A DNA stretch of 64,000 nucleotides from an uncultured Candidatus Saccharibacteria bacterium (GCA_964413715.1 CAYPSN010000005.1:1572-65571), one strand, 5' to 3'. Shown: positions 1 through 10,032, numbered from the stretch's first letter. Translations and numbers: made by a program. The notes: a model not told the origin generated them from the letters alone.

Positions 1-1
1 A

Positions 2-670
2 GTGGCGCGAGATTTAGACCTTAACTTAATCAACATCGCTGCTGAGCCTTTTGCCGTGGCTAAGAGCGTCGGTGCGGATGACTCTACTGAATTTAGCGCC
101 ATATTTATTGATATGGGCGGTGGTACCAGTGACATAGCGGTAGTAAACAATGGTGGCGTGGAAGGCACTAAGATGTTTGCCATTGCTGGGCGTAGTTTTA
201 CTAAGAGGATCGCTTCGACTTTTGGCTTGAGTTTTGAAGAAGCCGAAAAGCTCAAACTGGATTATTCCGCCGGCAAGCTGAGCGAAGCTAAGGAAAAGCA
301 GGTGGCAAAGGCACTGGAAGGTGACATAGATGTGTGGCTGAGTGGGGTAGAGCTTTCACTGGCCGAGTTTGATCATTTGGATCATTTGCCAGCAAGAATA
401 CTATTGTGTGGTGGCGCAAGTGCATTACCAGAAATTAAAAAAGCTCTCATGTCGGCTGAATGGCAAAAGAAACTACCCTTTGCTCGCAAGCCCAAAGTTG
501 ATTTTGTGAGTCCGGCCGAAGTAAATCGAGTGGTAGATACAACAGGCAAATTGGTAAATCAGCAAGACATTACCCCAATGGGACTGGCCAACCTTGGCCT
601 CGATATTGTGGGTAGCGAAAACATGAGCGAAAGTATCATCCAGCGTCTAAGCAGAACATTAAGTATCTAG
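2..670 (+). CDS. ftsA: Actin-fold ATPase of the FtsA (or PilM) type, C-terminal fragment truncated at the window start
   Basis: Motifs DMGGGTSDIAV and ILLCGGASALPEIKKAL, and RIASTFGLSFEEAEKLK resembling the FtsA 2A/2B region. The 5' end lies outside the window. Confidence 0.6.
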   Translation: MARDLDLNLINIAAEPFAVAKSVGADDSTEFSAIFIDMGGGTSDIAVVNNGGVEGTKMFAIAGRSFTKRIASTFGLSFEEAEKLKLDYSAGKLSEAKEKQVAKALEGDIDVWLSGVELSLAEFDHLDHLPARILLCGGASALPEIKKALMSAEWQKKLPFARKPKVDFVSPAEVNRVVDTTGKLVNQQDITPMGLANLGLDIVGSENMSESIIQRLSRTLSI

Positions 671-722
671 CTCTTTTTTCTGCCCTGCATAAGCGCTATA
701 CTTATCTGTAATTATTAAATTT

Positions 723-965
723 TTGGAGAGATCGTCTATGGCTAAGAAAGTTGCAAAAAGTAAATTCGAAGTTGTGAGGCAGGCTGTCCAATTCTTCACT
801 ATAGCCGCTGCCATAACCGTTGGGGTAGTTACAATAATTTCATTGGCCACCGGCGGCTCAGACTTTCTGATCAGTATCAATGATGTATTTATTGCCCTCA
901 CGATGTTCGGGGGCATTGCTATGGGTGCGCTCTACGCTGTGAAATTACTTAAACTAAAAGAGTAA
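723..965 (+). CDS. Small hypothetical membrane protein (80 aa, 2 predicted TM helices)
   Basis: ORF with a hydrophobic core (FFTIAAAITVGVVTIISLA, FIALTMFGGIAMGALYAV) between the ftsA-like gene and the next gene. No homolog recognised. Confidence 0.35.
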   Translation: MERSSMAKKVAKSKFEVVRQAVQFFTIAAAITVGVVTIISLATGGSDFLISINDVFIALTMFGGIAMGALYAVKLLKLKE

Positions 966-1010
966 GCGTTTTTTATTCGGGTGCTAATCTAATAGCTTTG
1001 CGTTATAATA

Positions 1011-2672
1011 ATGCTTATGAATGAAGCGGAAATTATATATCTCGAAGTCGATGCCGAGATAACAGAAGCAATCGATAAGTTAAAGAGCGCCAAGGGTGAT
1101 GCAGTAAAGGTAGTAGTGCCTGCTCGCTCCACCTTGCTCCAGAGTGCGGTCAACTTAAAACTCCTCAAAAAAGCCGCGAAGGATCATGGCAAAGAGCTGG
1201 CTCTGGTAACGAACGACAAGACAGCCACGTATTTGGCAGGTGGTGTAGGGCTGGCTGTAGCCTCGTCGCTAAAGGCTGAACCGAAGGTGCCCGAAGCTAT
1301 AGAAGAGGCCATTAATCCAGATATAGTTGAGCCAGAGCCCGAGGAAAGCTCTACGGCGAGTAAAGATGGTGGCAAATCATCATCCAGTAGCTCTGGTAGC
1401 AAAGATAAATCCGACAAGTCAGACAAAGCGAGCGCAGCGACCGAAGAGGCGGGTGTCAGCAAGCGAGCGCTTGGCGATGAAGAGATTGACGAAGATCGAC
1501 CTGCTGGCAAAAAAGCCAAAGTGCCAAACTACAATGCTTTTCAGAAAAAGCTTTGGATTGGCATGGGTGTTTTTATGGGCATTTTGTTGGCAGTAATTCT
1601 GGCTATCACCTTGCCGACGGCAAAGTTAACCGTTATTGCCAAGGCTGATAAACTACCGATTAAGTCTGATTTTGTACTCGACACCTCTGGAGTTGAGACC
1701 AATGTGGATGCGCTGACATTCGCTGGCAATAAGCTAACGCTGCAAAAAGATTTAACCCAGAACTTCACGGCTACTGGCAAGAAAGACGTTGGTACAAAGG
1801 CGGCTGGTAACGTGACAATATCCAATGCTTCAAATTCTGATCCAATTACAATTGCAGCGGGTACAGTATTGTCGAGCCAAGGCAAGAATTTCTCGCTGAA
1901 TTCAGCCACTACTGTGCCGGGTGCAAAATTACAAGGCGGAAACATTGTTGCTGGTAAGGTCACTGCGGCTATTACGGCTACGGCAAACGGTGACTCGTAT
2001 AATTTGGGTACCACCACATTTACTGTCGTGGGTTACAACGATAAAGTTACTGCCTCTGGCTCTACTTCAGGCGGAACTTCGAAGACCGTTACGATTGTGT
2101 CGCAAAGCGACGTTGATAGTGCTAAGCAGCAAGCTATTGATGCTGCAGCCAATGGCTCCAAGGACGAGCTTTTAGACAAGGCGACCGACAAAGATGTAGT
2201 TTTCGATGATACGTTTGCGACAACTACTGATTCTGTTTCATCGAGTGTTGCTGTAGGCAGCGAAGCAGAAAGCGGCACCGTAACGGTGAAGGTAACCTAC
2301 TCAGTCGCCGAAGCCAAGAAGGAAACTATGGACAAGCTCCTAGATTCGCTTGCGAACGACGCTATGCCAGACGGCAATCAGCAGTTGTATCAAAACGGAT
2401 CAGACAGCGCCAAATACTCACTATTGCGCGCCGTTAGCGACAATCGGTACCGAATGAATGTTGCTGCTGATGCTTATTACGGCAAACGCATCGACAAAAG
2501 CCAGATTGCTAAAGACACTGCGGGCAAAGCTAAGAAGGACGTGACGGCAGCGGTACAGAAAAACAACCCAAGTGTAACTGGCACACAAATTGAGTCTACG
2601 CCTTCGCTCATGCCGAATATGCCAGCTCTCAGTAGCCACATAACCGTAGTAATTAGGGTAAACACTGAATAG
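1011..2672 (+). CDS. Hypothetical membrane-anchored protein (553 aa): N-terminal cytoplasmic domain, a Ser/Lys/Asp-rich disordered linker, one TM helix, and a large Thr/Ser/Gly/Ala-rich extracytoplasmic beta-type domain
   Basis: Long ORF with normal coding composition. TM helix at WIGMGVFMGILLAVILAITL and low-complexity linker SSSSSSGSKDKSDKSDK. No family recognised. Confidence 0.6.
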   Translation: MLMNEAEIIYLEVDAEITEAIDKLKSAKGDAVKVVVPARSTLLQSAVNLKLLKKAAKDHGKELALVTNDKTATYLAGGVGLAVASSLKAEPKVPEAIEEAINPDIVEPEPEESSTASKDGGKSSSSSSGSKDKSDKSDKASAATEEAGVSKRALGDEEIDEDRPAGKKAKVPNYNAFQKKLWIGMGVFMGILLAVILAITLPTAKLTVIAKADKLPIKSDFVLDTSGVETNVDALTFAGNKLTLQKDLTQNFTATGKKDVGTKAAGNVTISNASNSDPITIAAGTVLSSQGKNFSLNSATTVPGAKLQGGNIVAGKVTAAITATANGDSYNLGTTTFTVVGYNDKVTASGSTSGGTSKTVTIVSQSDVDSAKQQAIDAAANGSKDELLDKATDKDVVFDDTFATTTDSVSSSVAVGSEAESGTVTVKVTYSVAEAKKETMDKLLDSLANDAMPDGNQQLYQNGSDSAKYSLLRAVSDNRYRMNVAADAYYGKRIDKSQIAKDTAGKAKKDVTAAVQKNNPSVTGTQIESTPSLMPNMPALSSHITVVIRVNTE

Positions 2673-2703
2673 CCTGACCTCTCCCCACCAGACGGATAGT
2701 ATT

Positions 2704-3087
2704 TTGGCGTTTGACTATGGCAGTAAGCGAATTGGCGTAGCCACATGCTTCGCTGCCGGTAAGCCATTGCCTCTAACTACCGTGGATGCCACGAGCGACG
2801 TGTGGAGTGCGATTGGGCATTTGGTACGTAAACATAGCCCTAGAATAGTAGTGGTAGGTTGGCCACGTGGCCTAGATGGCCAGCATACACAACAAACTAT
2901 TAAGGCCGAACAATTTGCCGAAGAAATCCACCAGCGCTTTGGCGTAGAGATAAAATTACAGGACGAGGTCTTGACGAGCGAAGAAGCAGAAAAGAGAATA
3001 GATCCCAAGCTGCCAATCAAAAAAAGAAGAGAGCAGATCGACATGATAGCAGCGCAAATTATTTTGGAGGATTATCTGGGTGAGTAA
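2704..3087 (+). CDS. ruvX: YqgF/RuvX-family putative pre-16S rRNA nuclease (Holliday-junction resolvase-like)
   Basis: N-terminal FDYGSKRIGVA matches the GLDLGTKRIGVA motif. Size 127 aa, TTG start. Confidence 0.8.
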   Translation: MAFDYGSKRIGVATCFAAGKPLPLTTVDATSDVWSAIGHLVRKHSPRIVVVGWPRGLDGQHTQQTIKAEQFAEEIHQRFGVEIKLQDEVLTSEEAEKRIDPKLPIKKRREQIDMIAAQIILEDYLGE

Positions 3088-4084
3088 TGCAAAGCGAATG
3101 TCTATAGTAATAATTGGCTGCTTAGCGATTTTATCGCTGTTGTTTGTCAGTCTATGGTCGTTTGCTGTGTACGTGCCACAGAATAGCCAGACTACTCGAT
3201 CTACTACCGTGGAAATTAAGCCGGGTTCATCGATAACGCAAATTGCCCAGGTATTGCGCCAAGAAGACTTGGTGTCATCTTCATTTATGTTTACCCTGTA
3301 CGCTCGCTTAAGCGGCAAAGGTGATCGCTTGATACCTGGTACGTATGAGTTAAAAGGCAGTATGAACATGCCTCAAATCGTTGATTATATCGCCAGTGGC
3401 AAGGTAGCAGCTCGTAAAATTACGGTGCCAGAGGGCTTTACGGTGCAGAAAATAGCAAAGTTATGGAGTCAAGCAGGTTTTGGTGCGTCGCAAGAGTTTT
3501 TGAGTGCTGCTAAGCAAACGTATAATTACGAATTTTTGCCAAAAGCTGGCCCCGAGGTCGTTTATCCGGTAGAGGGCTACCTATTTCCCGCCACATACCA
3601 GGTGAGTGTGAACGCTTCGGCCCAAACATTTGTAAAGCAAATGCTCGATGCATTCGCTCAGCAGGCACAGCCAGTACTAAGTAGCGAGAATAGCGGCAAG
3701 TTAACCTCTGCTCAAGTAGTTACGCTAGCTTCCATCGTTGAACGAGAGGCAAATGACGCAGTGAATCGTGCCAAAGTTGCTCAAGTGTTCATAAATAGGC
3801 TAAACCAAGGAATGCCGCTGCAGAGCGATGTAACGGTAAATTATGCTACTGGCAAATCAAATACCGCTGCCGCAGACATTGTCTTTAAGTCCCCATACAA
3901 TACATATCTGGTAAAAAGCTTGCCACCTGGACCTATCTGCAGTCCTGGTTTAGAAGCTATTAATGCAGTGTTGCGACCCACCAAAACCGATGACCTGTAC
4001 TTTTTAGCCGCGCCAAATGGTGAAGTGTATTACGCCAAAACGCTTACAGATCACAATAAAAACATTGATCGCTACCTAAAATAG
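3080..4084 (+). CDS. mltG: Endolytic murein transglycosylase MltG (YceG family)
   Basis: N-terminal TM helix; YceG motifs EGYLFPATY and ASIVEREAN. GTG start preceded by a GGAGG ribosome-binding site 8 nt upstream. Confidence 0.85.
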   Translation: MSNAKRMSIVIIGCLAILSLLFVSLWSFAVYVPQNSQTTRSTTVEIKPGSSITQIAQVLRQEDLVSSSFMFTLYARLSGKGDRLIPGTYELKGSMNMPQIVDYIASGKVAARKITVPEGFTVQKIAKLWSQAGFGASQEFLSAAKQTYNYEFLPKAGPEVVYPVEGYLFPATYQVSVNASAQTFVKQMLDAFAQQAQPVLSSENSGKLTSAQVVTLASIVEREANDAVNRAKVAQVFINRLNQGMPLQSDVTVNYATGKSNTAAADIVFKSPYNTYLVKSLPPGPICSPGLEAINAVLRPTKTDDLYFLAAPNGEVYYAKTLTDHNKNIDRYLK

Positions 4085-4374
4085 TACGTATTTGCTTATA
4101 TGAAAGTAAATACGGCGTATTGACTGCCAGCCGAGGGCGTGCTAGACTATCTGAGTAACTTTGTAGAGCATAAGCACTATACGCCTATGCAAAGCAAACG
4201 AGCCTGCACCAGTTTGTCAGAGATGGAGATTTAAACAAACAAAGGTCGAACCCTCCGGTCTTGAATCAGTCAAGAGAAGGACAAACCGCAGTAATAACGC
4301 TAGTACCCCACAGATATTGATTGCGTTAGAGGAGATGCTTTATTAGTAGAAAAGCACTTGGTCTAACCCTTAGA

Positions 4375-5550
4375 GTGCGTCACGAATCATTCGTTGGCGT
4401 GGGACAGGACCAGACTTTTTCGAAAATAAAAACTCAGCATGCTGCAGCTCAAGAAGCAAAGCAGGTGCAAAACAAAAGTCGAATGTTTTCAGCCAATACG
4501 GCTATAAGTGAAAAATTACAATTTGATGCCCTGAAGAAAAAGGGTAATGAGTACAAAGCAGGCTTTGCTCGCTTTGGTGTGCATGCAGCAGTCATTGCTG
4601 TTGCGGCAGTCTTTGTATTGGCCGGTAAGTACACGCCTACATTTGCTCAGATGGGTGGCGATGGGGCTGCGGTTTCGGCTGTTGACCAAACGAGCGAGCT
4701 CGCTACTGGTGCAGTGGTCGCAACTGCCACAAATAGTGTGATTAAGTCTGATGTGGCGGAAATTGCCAATACTGCAAGTTCACAAGTGTACTTAGCAACT
4801 GCTGGCGACGGCTTTTTGGCTAAAAAACAGCCAATGCAGGCTGCAGTACAGACCAAAGAAGTCTCTAGCTACGTAGTCAAGAGTGGTGATACGCTCTGGA
4901 GTATTTCGTCGCAGTTTAACGTTACGACCGACACGATTAAGTGGGCCAATAACTTGGATGAAAACAGCGTTTTAAAGCCAGGAACACAGCTAACTGTGCT
5001 GCCTGTAAACGGCATCTTGCACGTCGTGAAGGCTGGTGACACTCTTTCGGGTATCGCAGCTCGCTACCAGGCTAACGCTAGCTTGATAGACAGCTTTAAC
5101 GACCTGCAGGGCGCTGCACCTACTGAGGGTATGAAATTGATTGTGCCAGACGGGGTAATGCCTCAAATTGCCGCTGCTGGTGCTCCAGCCCAGACTGCTA
5201 CAGCACGAACACGAACAGCGGCTGTTACTACGCCAGCTTTCTCATACCGCGGAAGTGGTAACGGCTATACACCAGGACAATGCACATGGTACGTGGCGTC
5301 ACGTCGACCAGTGCCTAGTAACTGGGGCAATGCGATTAGCTGGTACTACAACGCTCAGGCGAGTGGCTATGCAGTCGGTGCTTTCCCTCGTGCAGGCGCA
5401 ATTGGCTGGGAACGAACCAACCACGTAGTTTACGTTGACTCTGTGAATCCAGATGGCTCAGTGAATATTTCTGAAATGAACTTCAACTACCAGGCTGGCG
5501 TATTGCACCGCAGAACAACATCTGCAAGCCAATTCCTCTACATCTATTAA
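4375..5550 (+). CDS. Peptidoglycan hydrolase with an N-terminal TM anchor, two LysM domains and a C-terminal CHAP amidase/peptidase domain
   Basis: LysM repeats (YVVKSGDTLWSISSQFNVTTDTIKWAN; HVVKAGDTLSGIAARYQANASLIDSFN). CHAP Cys/His motifs (GQCTWYVASRR ... HVVYVDSV). Start uncertain: GTG at 4375 or ATG at 4483. Confidence 0.7.
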   Translation: MRHESFVGVGQDQTFSKIKTQHAAAQEAKQVQNKSRMFSANTAISEKLQFDALKKKGNEYKAGFARFGVHAAVIAVAAVFVLAGKYTPTFAQMGGDGAAVSAVDQTSELATGAVVATATNSVIKSDVAEIANTASSQVYLATAGDGFLAKKQPMQAAVQTKEVSSYVVKSGDTLWSISSQFNVTTDTIKWANNLDENSVLKPGTQLTVLPVNGILHVVKAGDTLSGIAARYQANASLIDSFNDLQGAAPTEGMKLIVPDGVMPQIAAAGAPAQTATARTRTAAVTTPAFSYRGSGNGYTPGQCTWYVASRRPVPSNWGNAISWYYNAQASGYAVGAFPRAGAIGWERTNHVVYVDSVNPDGSVNISEMNFNYQAGVLHRRTTSASQFLYIY

Positions 5551-5625
5551 TAGATAACAAGCTTTCGGGCAAAATAAGCACCCATGCGTAACGCGGGGTG
5601 CTTATTTGTTGATACAATAGAGGTT

Positions 5626-7776
5626 ATGACCGAATCACTTTTTGCGGATCTCAATCAGGCTCAGCGCGAAGCAGTAGAAACAACCGATGGCCCGATTCTT
5701 ATGCTGGCCGGCGCTGGTAGTGGCAAAACAAAAACCCTGACGCATCGCATTGCCTATTTACTTACCGCTAAGCGGGTAGCGCCAACATGTATATTGGCGG
5801 TTACATTTACCAATAAAGCGGCGGCAGAAATGCGATCGCGCGTCGCCAGCCTTATGGGGGTGGATGATTCGTATACGTTCTTGCCCTTTTTAGGCACGTT
5901 TCACTCGGTGGCAAACAAGATTCTTCGACGTGAAGCAGGTTTGATTGGCTACCCGAGTAATTTTTTGATTTATGACACGTCTGATAGTCAGGCAGTCATA
6001 AAGCAAATTTTGCGCGCCAAAAGACTCGATGAAAAGCAGTATTCGCCAAACCTTATGCAGAATTTGATTTCTTCGGCCAAAAACGAGCTCGTAACGCCAG
6101 ATCAATATCGACAAATGGCAACGGGCAAGATGCAGGAAGTAGCGGCAGACATTTACCCGGCCTACCAAGCAGCTCTCAAAGAAGCTGGGGCAATGGATTT
6201 TGACGATATGATTATGCAGTTGGTCCGTCTGTTAATGAAGAACGGCGAGGTGCTCGAGAAGTACCAACAACAGTTTCAGTACATCTTGGTTGATGAGTAT
6301 CAGGACACCAATCATGCCCAGTATCAGCTCATTAAGCTGCTAGCTGCTAGCCACAAAAACATATGCGTTGTGGGCGATGATTGGCAAAGTATCTATTCAT
6401 GGCGCGGGGCAAATTATGAAAACATTCTCCATTTTGAGCGAGATTATCCTAACGCTAAAGTTGTAAAACTAGAGCAGAATTATCGTTCTACCCAGACGAT
6501 TCTTGATGCCGCGCATCACGTTATTACGAAAAACGCTTCTCGAAGTGACAAGCAGCTGTGGACCGAACTGGGGCATGGTGAAAAGGTCGTGGTGGAAACG
6601 GTCACAGATGAGAGGGCAGAAGGCAGATTGGTAATTGAGACAATACAGCAACTGCGACAGCAAGATTCGGCCCTGCGGCTGAAGGATTTTGCTGTGCTGT
6701 ATCGTACCAATGCTCAGTCGCGTACGCTTGAAGAAGCTTTCCTGCGCTACAACGTACCTTATCAGATTGTTGGAGGTGTGCGCTTCTATGAACGCAAGGA
6801 AATTAAAGACATCCTAGCATATCTCAGACTTATATATCAGCCGAATGATTTGGTGAGTTTTGGACGAGTTATCAACGTTCCGCCTCGCGGCTTGGGCGAG
6901 GTGAGCCTTAATAAGTTCGCTCAGCATCTGCGGCAAAATGGCCTTACCCTGTCACAAGGTTTGCAGGATCCTGATATGGTCGGCGGGTTGACGCCGCGCG
7001 CGAGCAAGAGCCTGCAGCAGTTTGGTGTCATGATGGAGAGTTTGCGTGCTGATGTAAGCTCGATCAGCCTGAGTGATCTTGTGGAGGCTACTTTGCGGCG
7101 TAGCGGCTATCTTGACTGGCTCAATGACGGTAGTGCTATAGGTGAAGATAGGGCGGAGAACTTACAAGAGTTTATTGGTGTGGCAAAAACCTATGACCAC
7201 GTTGGGTTGGAAGATTTTCTCACAGAAATTGCCCTGATCGCAGATGTGGATCAATACAAGGCTAATGCCGATACTGTGACGCTTATGACGTTGCATGCGG
7301 CTAAAGGGTTGGAGTTCGACACAGTCTTTATGGTCGGGATGGAAGAGGGAATCTTTCCACACTCACGAACTTTTTTTGAACCATCTGAGCTCGAGGAAGA
7401 GCGACGATTGTGCTATGTGGGTATGACGCGGGCTAAGCGTCGACTATATTGTATAAGTGCCACGAGCCGTATGCTGTATGGTTCTGCTCAGCATAATATG
7501 CCCTCAAGATTTCTGAGTGATATTCCTGCTGATTTGGTAAGTGTGAGTACGTCTCAAGTGGGTGTTTCGTCTGCGCCGTCGCTCCTCGATAACTTTATGG
7601 GTAGTAGCCAGCAAACCCGCGAGGTCAGTCTGACTGCCGGTGAACGTGTGGCGCATCAGGTTTTTGGAGAAGGTACGGTGGTGAGCGTTGATGGTCATGA
7701 GGCGGTTGTGATGTTCGATGCCAAAGGAAGAAAAACGCTGAATTTAGAATACGCCCCACTGAGAAAGCTAACCTGA
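5626..7776 (+). CDS. pcrA: ATP-dependent DNA helicase of the UvrD/PcrA family
   Basis: Walker A GAGSGKT, motifs VDEYQDTN and GDDWQSIYSWRGA, and a C-terminal UvrD_C region. The MTESLF start has an AGAGGT ribosome-binding site. The ORF track extends the start to 5584. Confidence 0.9.
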   Translation: MTESLFADLNQAQREAVETTDGPILMLAGAGSGKTKTLTHRIAYLLTAKRVAPTCILAVTFTNKAAAEMRSRVASLMGVDDSYTFLPFLGTFHSVANKILRREAGLIGYPSNFLIYDTSDSQAVIKQILRAKRLDEKQYSPNLMQNLISSAKNELVTPDQYRQMATGKMQEVAADIYPAYQAALKEAGAMDFDDMIMQLVRLLMKNGEVLEKYQQQFQYILVDEYQDTNHAQYQLIKLLAASHKNICVVGDDWQSIYSWRGANYENILHFERDYPNAKVVKLEQNYRSTQTILDAAHHVITKNASRSDKQLWTELGHGEKVVVETVTDERAEGRLVIETIQQLRQQDSALRLKDFAVLYRTNAQSRTLEEAFLRYNVPYQIVGGVRFYERKEIKDILAYLRLIYQPNDLVSFGRVINVPPRGLGEVSLNKFAQHLRQNGLTLSQGLQDPDMVGGLTPRASKSLQQFGVMMESLRADVSSISLSDLVEATLRRSGYLDWLNDGSAIGEDRAENLQEFIGVAKTYDHVGLEDFLTEIALIADVDQYKANADTVTLMTLHAAKGLEFDTVFMVGMEEGIFPHSRTFFEPSELEEERRLCYVGMTRAKRRLYCISATSRMLYGSAQHNMPSRFLSDIPADLVSVSTSQVGVSSAPSLLDNFMGSSQQTREVSLTAGERVAHQVFGEGTVVSVDGHEAVVMFDAKGRKTLNLEYAPLRKLT

Positions 7777-7812
7777 CTTGTAGCAATACAACTAATATTA
7801 TATAATGTCAAT

Positions 7813-9087
7813 ATGTTTACAGATAACGTATCAATTACAGTAATTGCCGGCAAAGGTGGTAACGGCAAGCTAAGTTTTCGCTCGCGTCATGGTCAGGCAA
7901 AGGGTGGCCCAGATGGCGGTGATGGTGGCCATGGGGGCAATGTTGTGATGCGCGCCGACAGCAATAACTCAACATTGGCAAAATTCCGGTCTGCCAAGCT
8001 GTGGAAAGCTGATAATGGCATCGATGGTGGGTCGAACGAAAGGCGTGGTAAGAATGCCGAAGATCTTGTTCTGACGGTATTGCCTGGCACGAGTGTTTAT
8101 GGTGATGGTATTTTGCTTGCGGACTTGGTTGCTGACGGCGACGAGGTGGTAGTCGCGCATGGTGGGCGCGGTGGCTATGGCAATGCTCACTTTACTTCGT
8201 CTACTCGACAAGCGCCTAAGTTCGCAGAGCTGGGTGAACCTGGAGAGCTGAAGGAGTTGCAGCTCGAACTCAAGCTCGTAGCAGACGTAGGGTTGGTTGG
8301 TTTGCCAAATGCCGGCAAGTCAACGCTCCTTAGTGTGATTTCTAATGCCAGGCCACAAATCGCTGATTATCCATTTACGACCCTCGTGCCAAATTTGGGT
8401 GTCGTCGATATGGATGGCCAGACCTTTTTGATGGCAGATATCCCGGGTCTGATAGAGGGTGCTGCCGAAGGCAAGGGTTTGGGCGATGAGTTCTTGCGCC
8501 ACGTAGAGCGCACGAAAGTTTTAGTGCATTTGATTGACGCATCAAGCGAAGACGCACTCGGCGCCTATACGACCATTCAGAATGAACTAAAGCACTACCG
8601 GGTGGATCTATCGATCTTGCCACAAATCTTGGTACTTAACAAAATTGATATGTTACAGGATGAGCAGGTTGCATCGCTGCGCGCAGCACTTGCCAAACAA
8701 GTTGGTGTAAAAGCCGACCAGATATTTGCCATTTCTGCCGTAGCCAAGAAAAACCTTGATGCTTTGTTGCGACAGGTACTCGTCGTGGTGCAGCAAGAGA
8801 ATCAGCGCAGGGCAGATGTCGCAGAGCCTGATGAAGCCGAACTGCCTGTTATACGTTTGAGCGACAATGATGAAATGTGGCACGTTGTTCGCCAAGATGA
8901 TGGTAGCTTCTTGGTTACCGGAGCGTCAATCGAAGGCTTTGCAAGGCGCACCAATTTTGATCAATGGCAGGCGAAAGACCGCCTAATTGATATCCTGAAA
9001 AAACGTGGCGTGCTGCGCGAAATCCGCCGACAAGGCGGTGACGAAGGCGTGACGGTCAAAATCGCAGGAAAGTCATTTGTATGGTAA
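7813..9087 (+). CDS. obg: GTPase Obg/CgtA
   Basis: Gly-rich Obg fold at the N-terminus (GGNGKLSFRSRHGQAKGGPDGGDGGHGG), G-domain GLPNAGKST, and an Obg C-terminal (OCT) domain. Confidence 0.92.
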   Translation: MFTDNVSITVIAGKGGNGKLSFRSRHGQAKGGPDGGDGGHGGNVVMRADSNNSTLAKFRSAKLWKADNGIDGGSNERRGKNAEDLVLTVLPGTSVYGDGILLADLVADGDEVVVAHGGRGGYGNAHFTSSTRQAPKFAELGEPGELKELQLELKLVADVGLVGLPNAGKSTLLSVISNARPQIADYPFTTLVPNLGVVDMDGQTFLMADIPGLIEGAAEGKGLGDEFLRHVERTKVLVHLIDASSEDALGAYTTIQNELKHYRVDLSILPQILVLNKIDMLQDEQVASLRAALAKQVGVKADQIFAISAVAKKNLDALLRQVLVVVQQENQRRADVAEPDEAELPVIRLSDNDEMWHVVRQDDGSFLVTGASIEGFARRTNFDQWQAKDRLIDILKKRGVLREIRRQGGDEGVTVKIAGKSFVW

Positions 9088-9656
9088 AAATCAACTTTGA
9101 AGTTGGTGAAGTTAGCCTGGCGGCAGAAACCAAGCCGGATTTGTTTTCTCCCAAAGGTCTTGATCAGGGCACAAAGCTTCTTTTGGAGGTTATGAATAGC
9201 AGTGCACTAAAGTATCGAAAGGCGCTTGATTGGGGGTGTGGCTGGGGAGCAATAGCGCTGTGGCTGGCTGCTAATCGCCCTACTGCAGACGTTGTTGCAA
9301 TAGACAGTGATATAGCTGCGGTTGCCGCAACTCGCCAGAACGCGTCCGACAATGGCTTACCAAATGTCCGTACGATTGCCAGCCATGGCTATGACGAGAT
9401 AGAAACTGAAACTGACTTTGACGTTATTTGTTCGAATCCGCCGACACATCGAGGCAGAGAAGTCGTTGACACCATGATTCGGCAGTCTGTCCAAAAGCTG
9501 GTCGATGGTGGGCAGCTAGTGCTGGTGGTTGAAGCGAGAATCAAACCATGGGTCGCGCGCGAAATGACTGCGGTGTTTGGTAATTATAAAATCCTCAAAC
9601 GCGGACCTAAAAACGTGGTTTTGATGTCGGTGAAACAAAGCACTGCTGTGCTATAA
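9081..9656 (+). CDS. Class I SAM-dependent methyltransferase with a methyltransferase small domain, RsmC/RsmD-like rRNA methyltransferase
   Basis: DWGCGWG motif I and the NPP(T)H motif (ICSNPPTHRG). Start overlaps the obg stop as ATGGTAA. Confidence 0.7.
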   Translation: MVKINFEVGEVSLAAETKPDLFSPKGLDQGTKLLLEVMNSSALKYRKALDWGCGWGAIALWLAANRPTADVVAIDSDIAAVAATRQNASDNGLPNVRTIASHGYDEIETETDFDVICSNPPTHRGREVVDTMIRQSVQKLVDGGQLVLVVEARIKPWVAREMTAVFGNYKILKRGPKNVVLMSVKQSTAVL

Positions 9657-9663
9657 TCCAGTT

Positions 9664-9849
9664 ATGGTAAACGTAAAGAAGGCCGACGATTTCTTCAAAA
9701 AAGAAATTGAAACAGCCGAAGTTGAAACAAGTGCTCATTACACCTATCGCGATGGTTTTCGTTTGGGATTAGGTTTTTTTGTCGGTTTTTTACTGGGTGC
9801 AACGCTTTTGACCATTGTCGTCATGATGGTCGGCAGTCTGCTGCGTTAG
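9664..9849 (+). CDS. Small hypothetical membrane protein (61 aa)
   Basis: ORF with one C-terminal TM helix. No ribosome-binding site seen; weakly supported. Confidence 0.25.
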   Translation: MVNVKKADDFFKKEIETAEVETSAHYTYRDGFRLGLGFFVGFLLGATLLTIVVMMVGSLLR

Positions 9850-9883
9850 CTTGCTTTCTTGGCGTAAATGCGGGAAAATATGT

Positions 9884-9913
9884 GCCGGTAAACCATATGC
9901 CGGTAAACCATAT
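9884..9913. repeat. Tandem direct repeat of a 15-bp unit (gccggtaaaccatat x2) abutting the tRNA-Ala 5' end
   Basis: Two exact copies read directly from the sequence. Confidence 0.8.
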
Positions 9914-9990
<77 letters not shown>

Positions 9991-10032
9991 GAAATTATCA
10001 GGATTTATGCCTAAGCACGTAAAGGAGACAGC

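Noticed and set aside
1184-2278. Several 80-160-aa ORFs on both strands inside the 553-aa surface-protein gene
   Set aside because: They arise from the low-complexity Ser/Lys/Thr-rich coding sequence. The long plus frame is the only coherent one.
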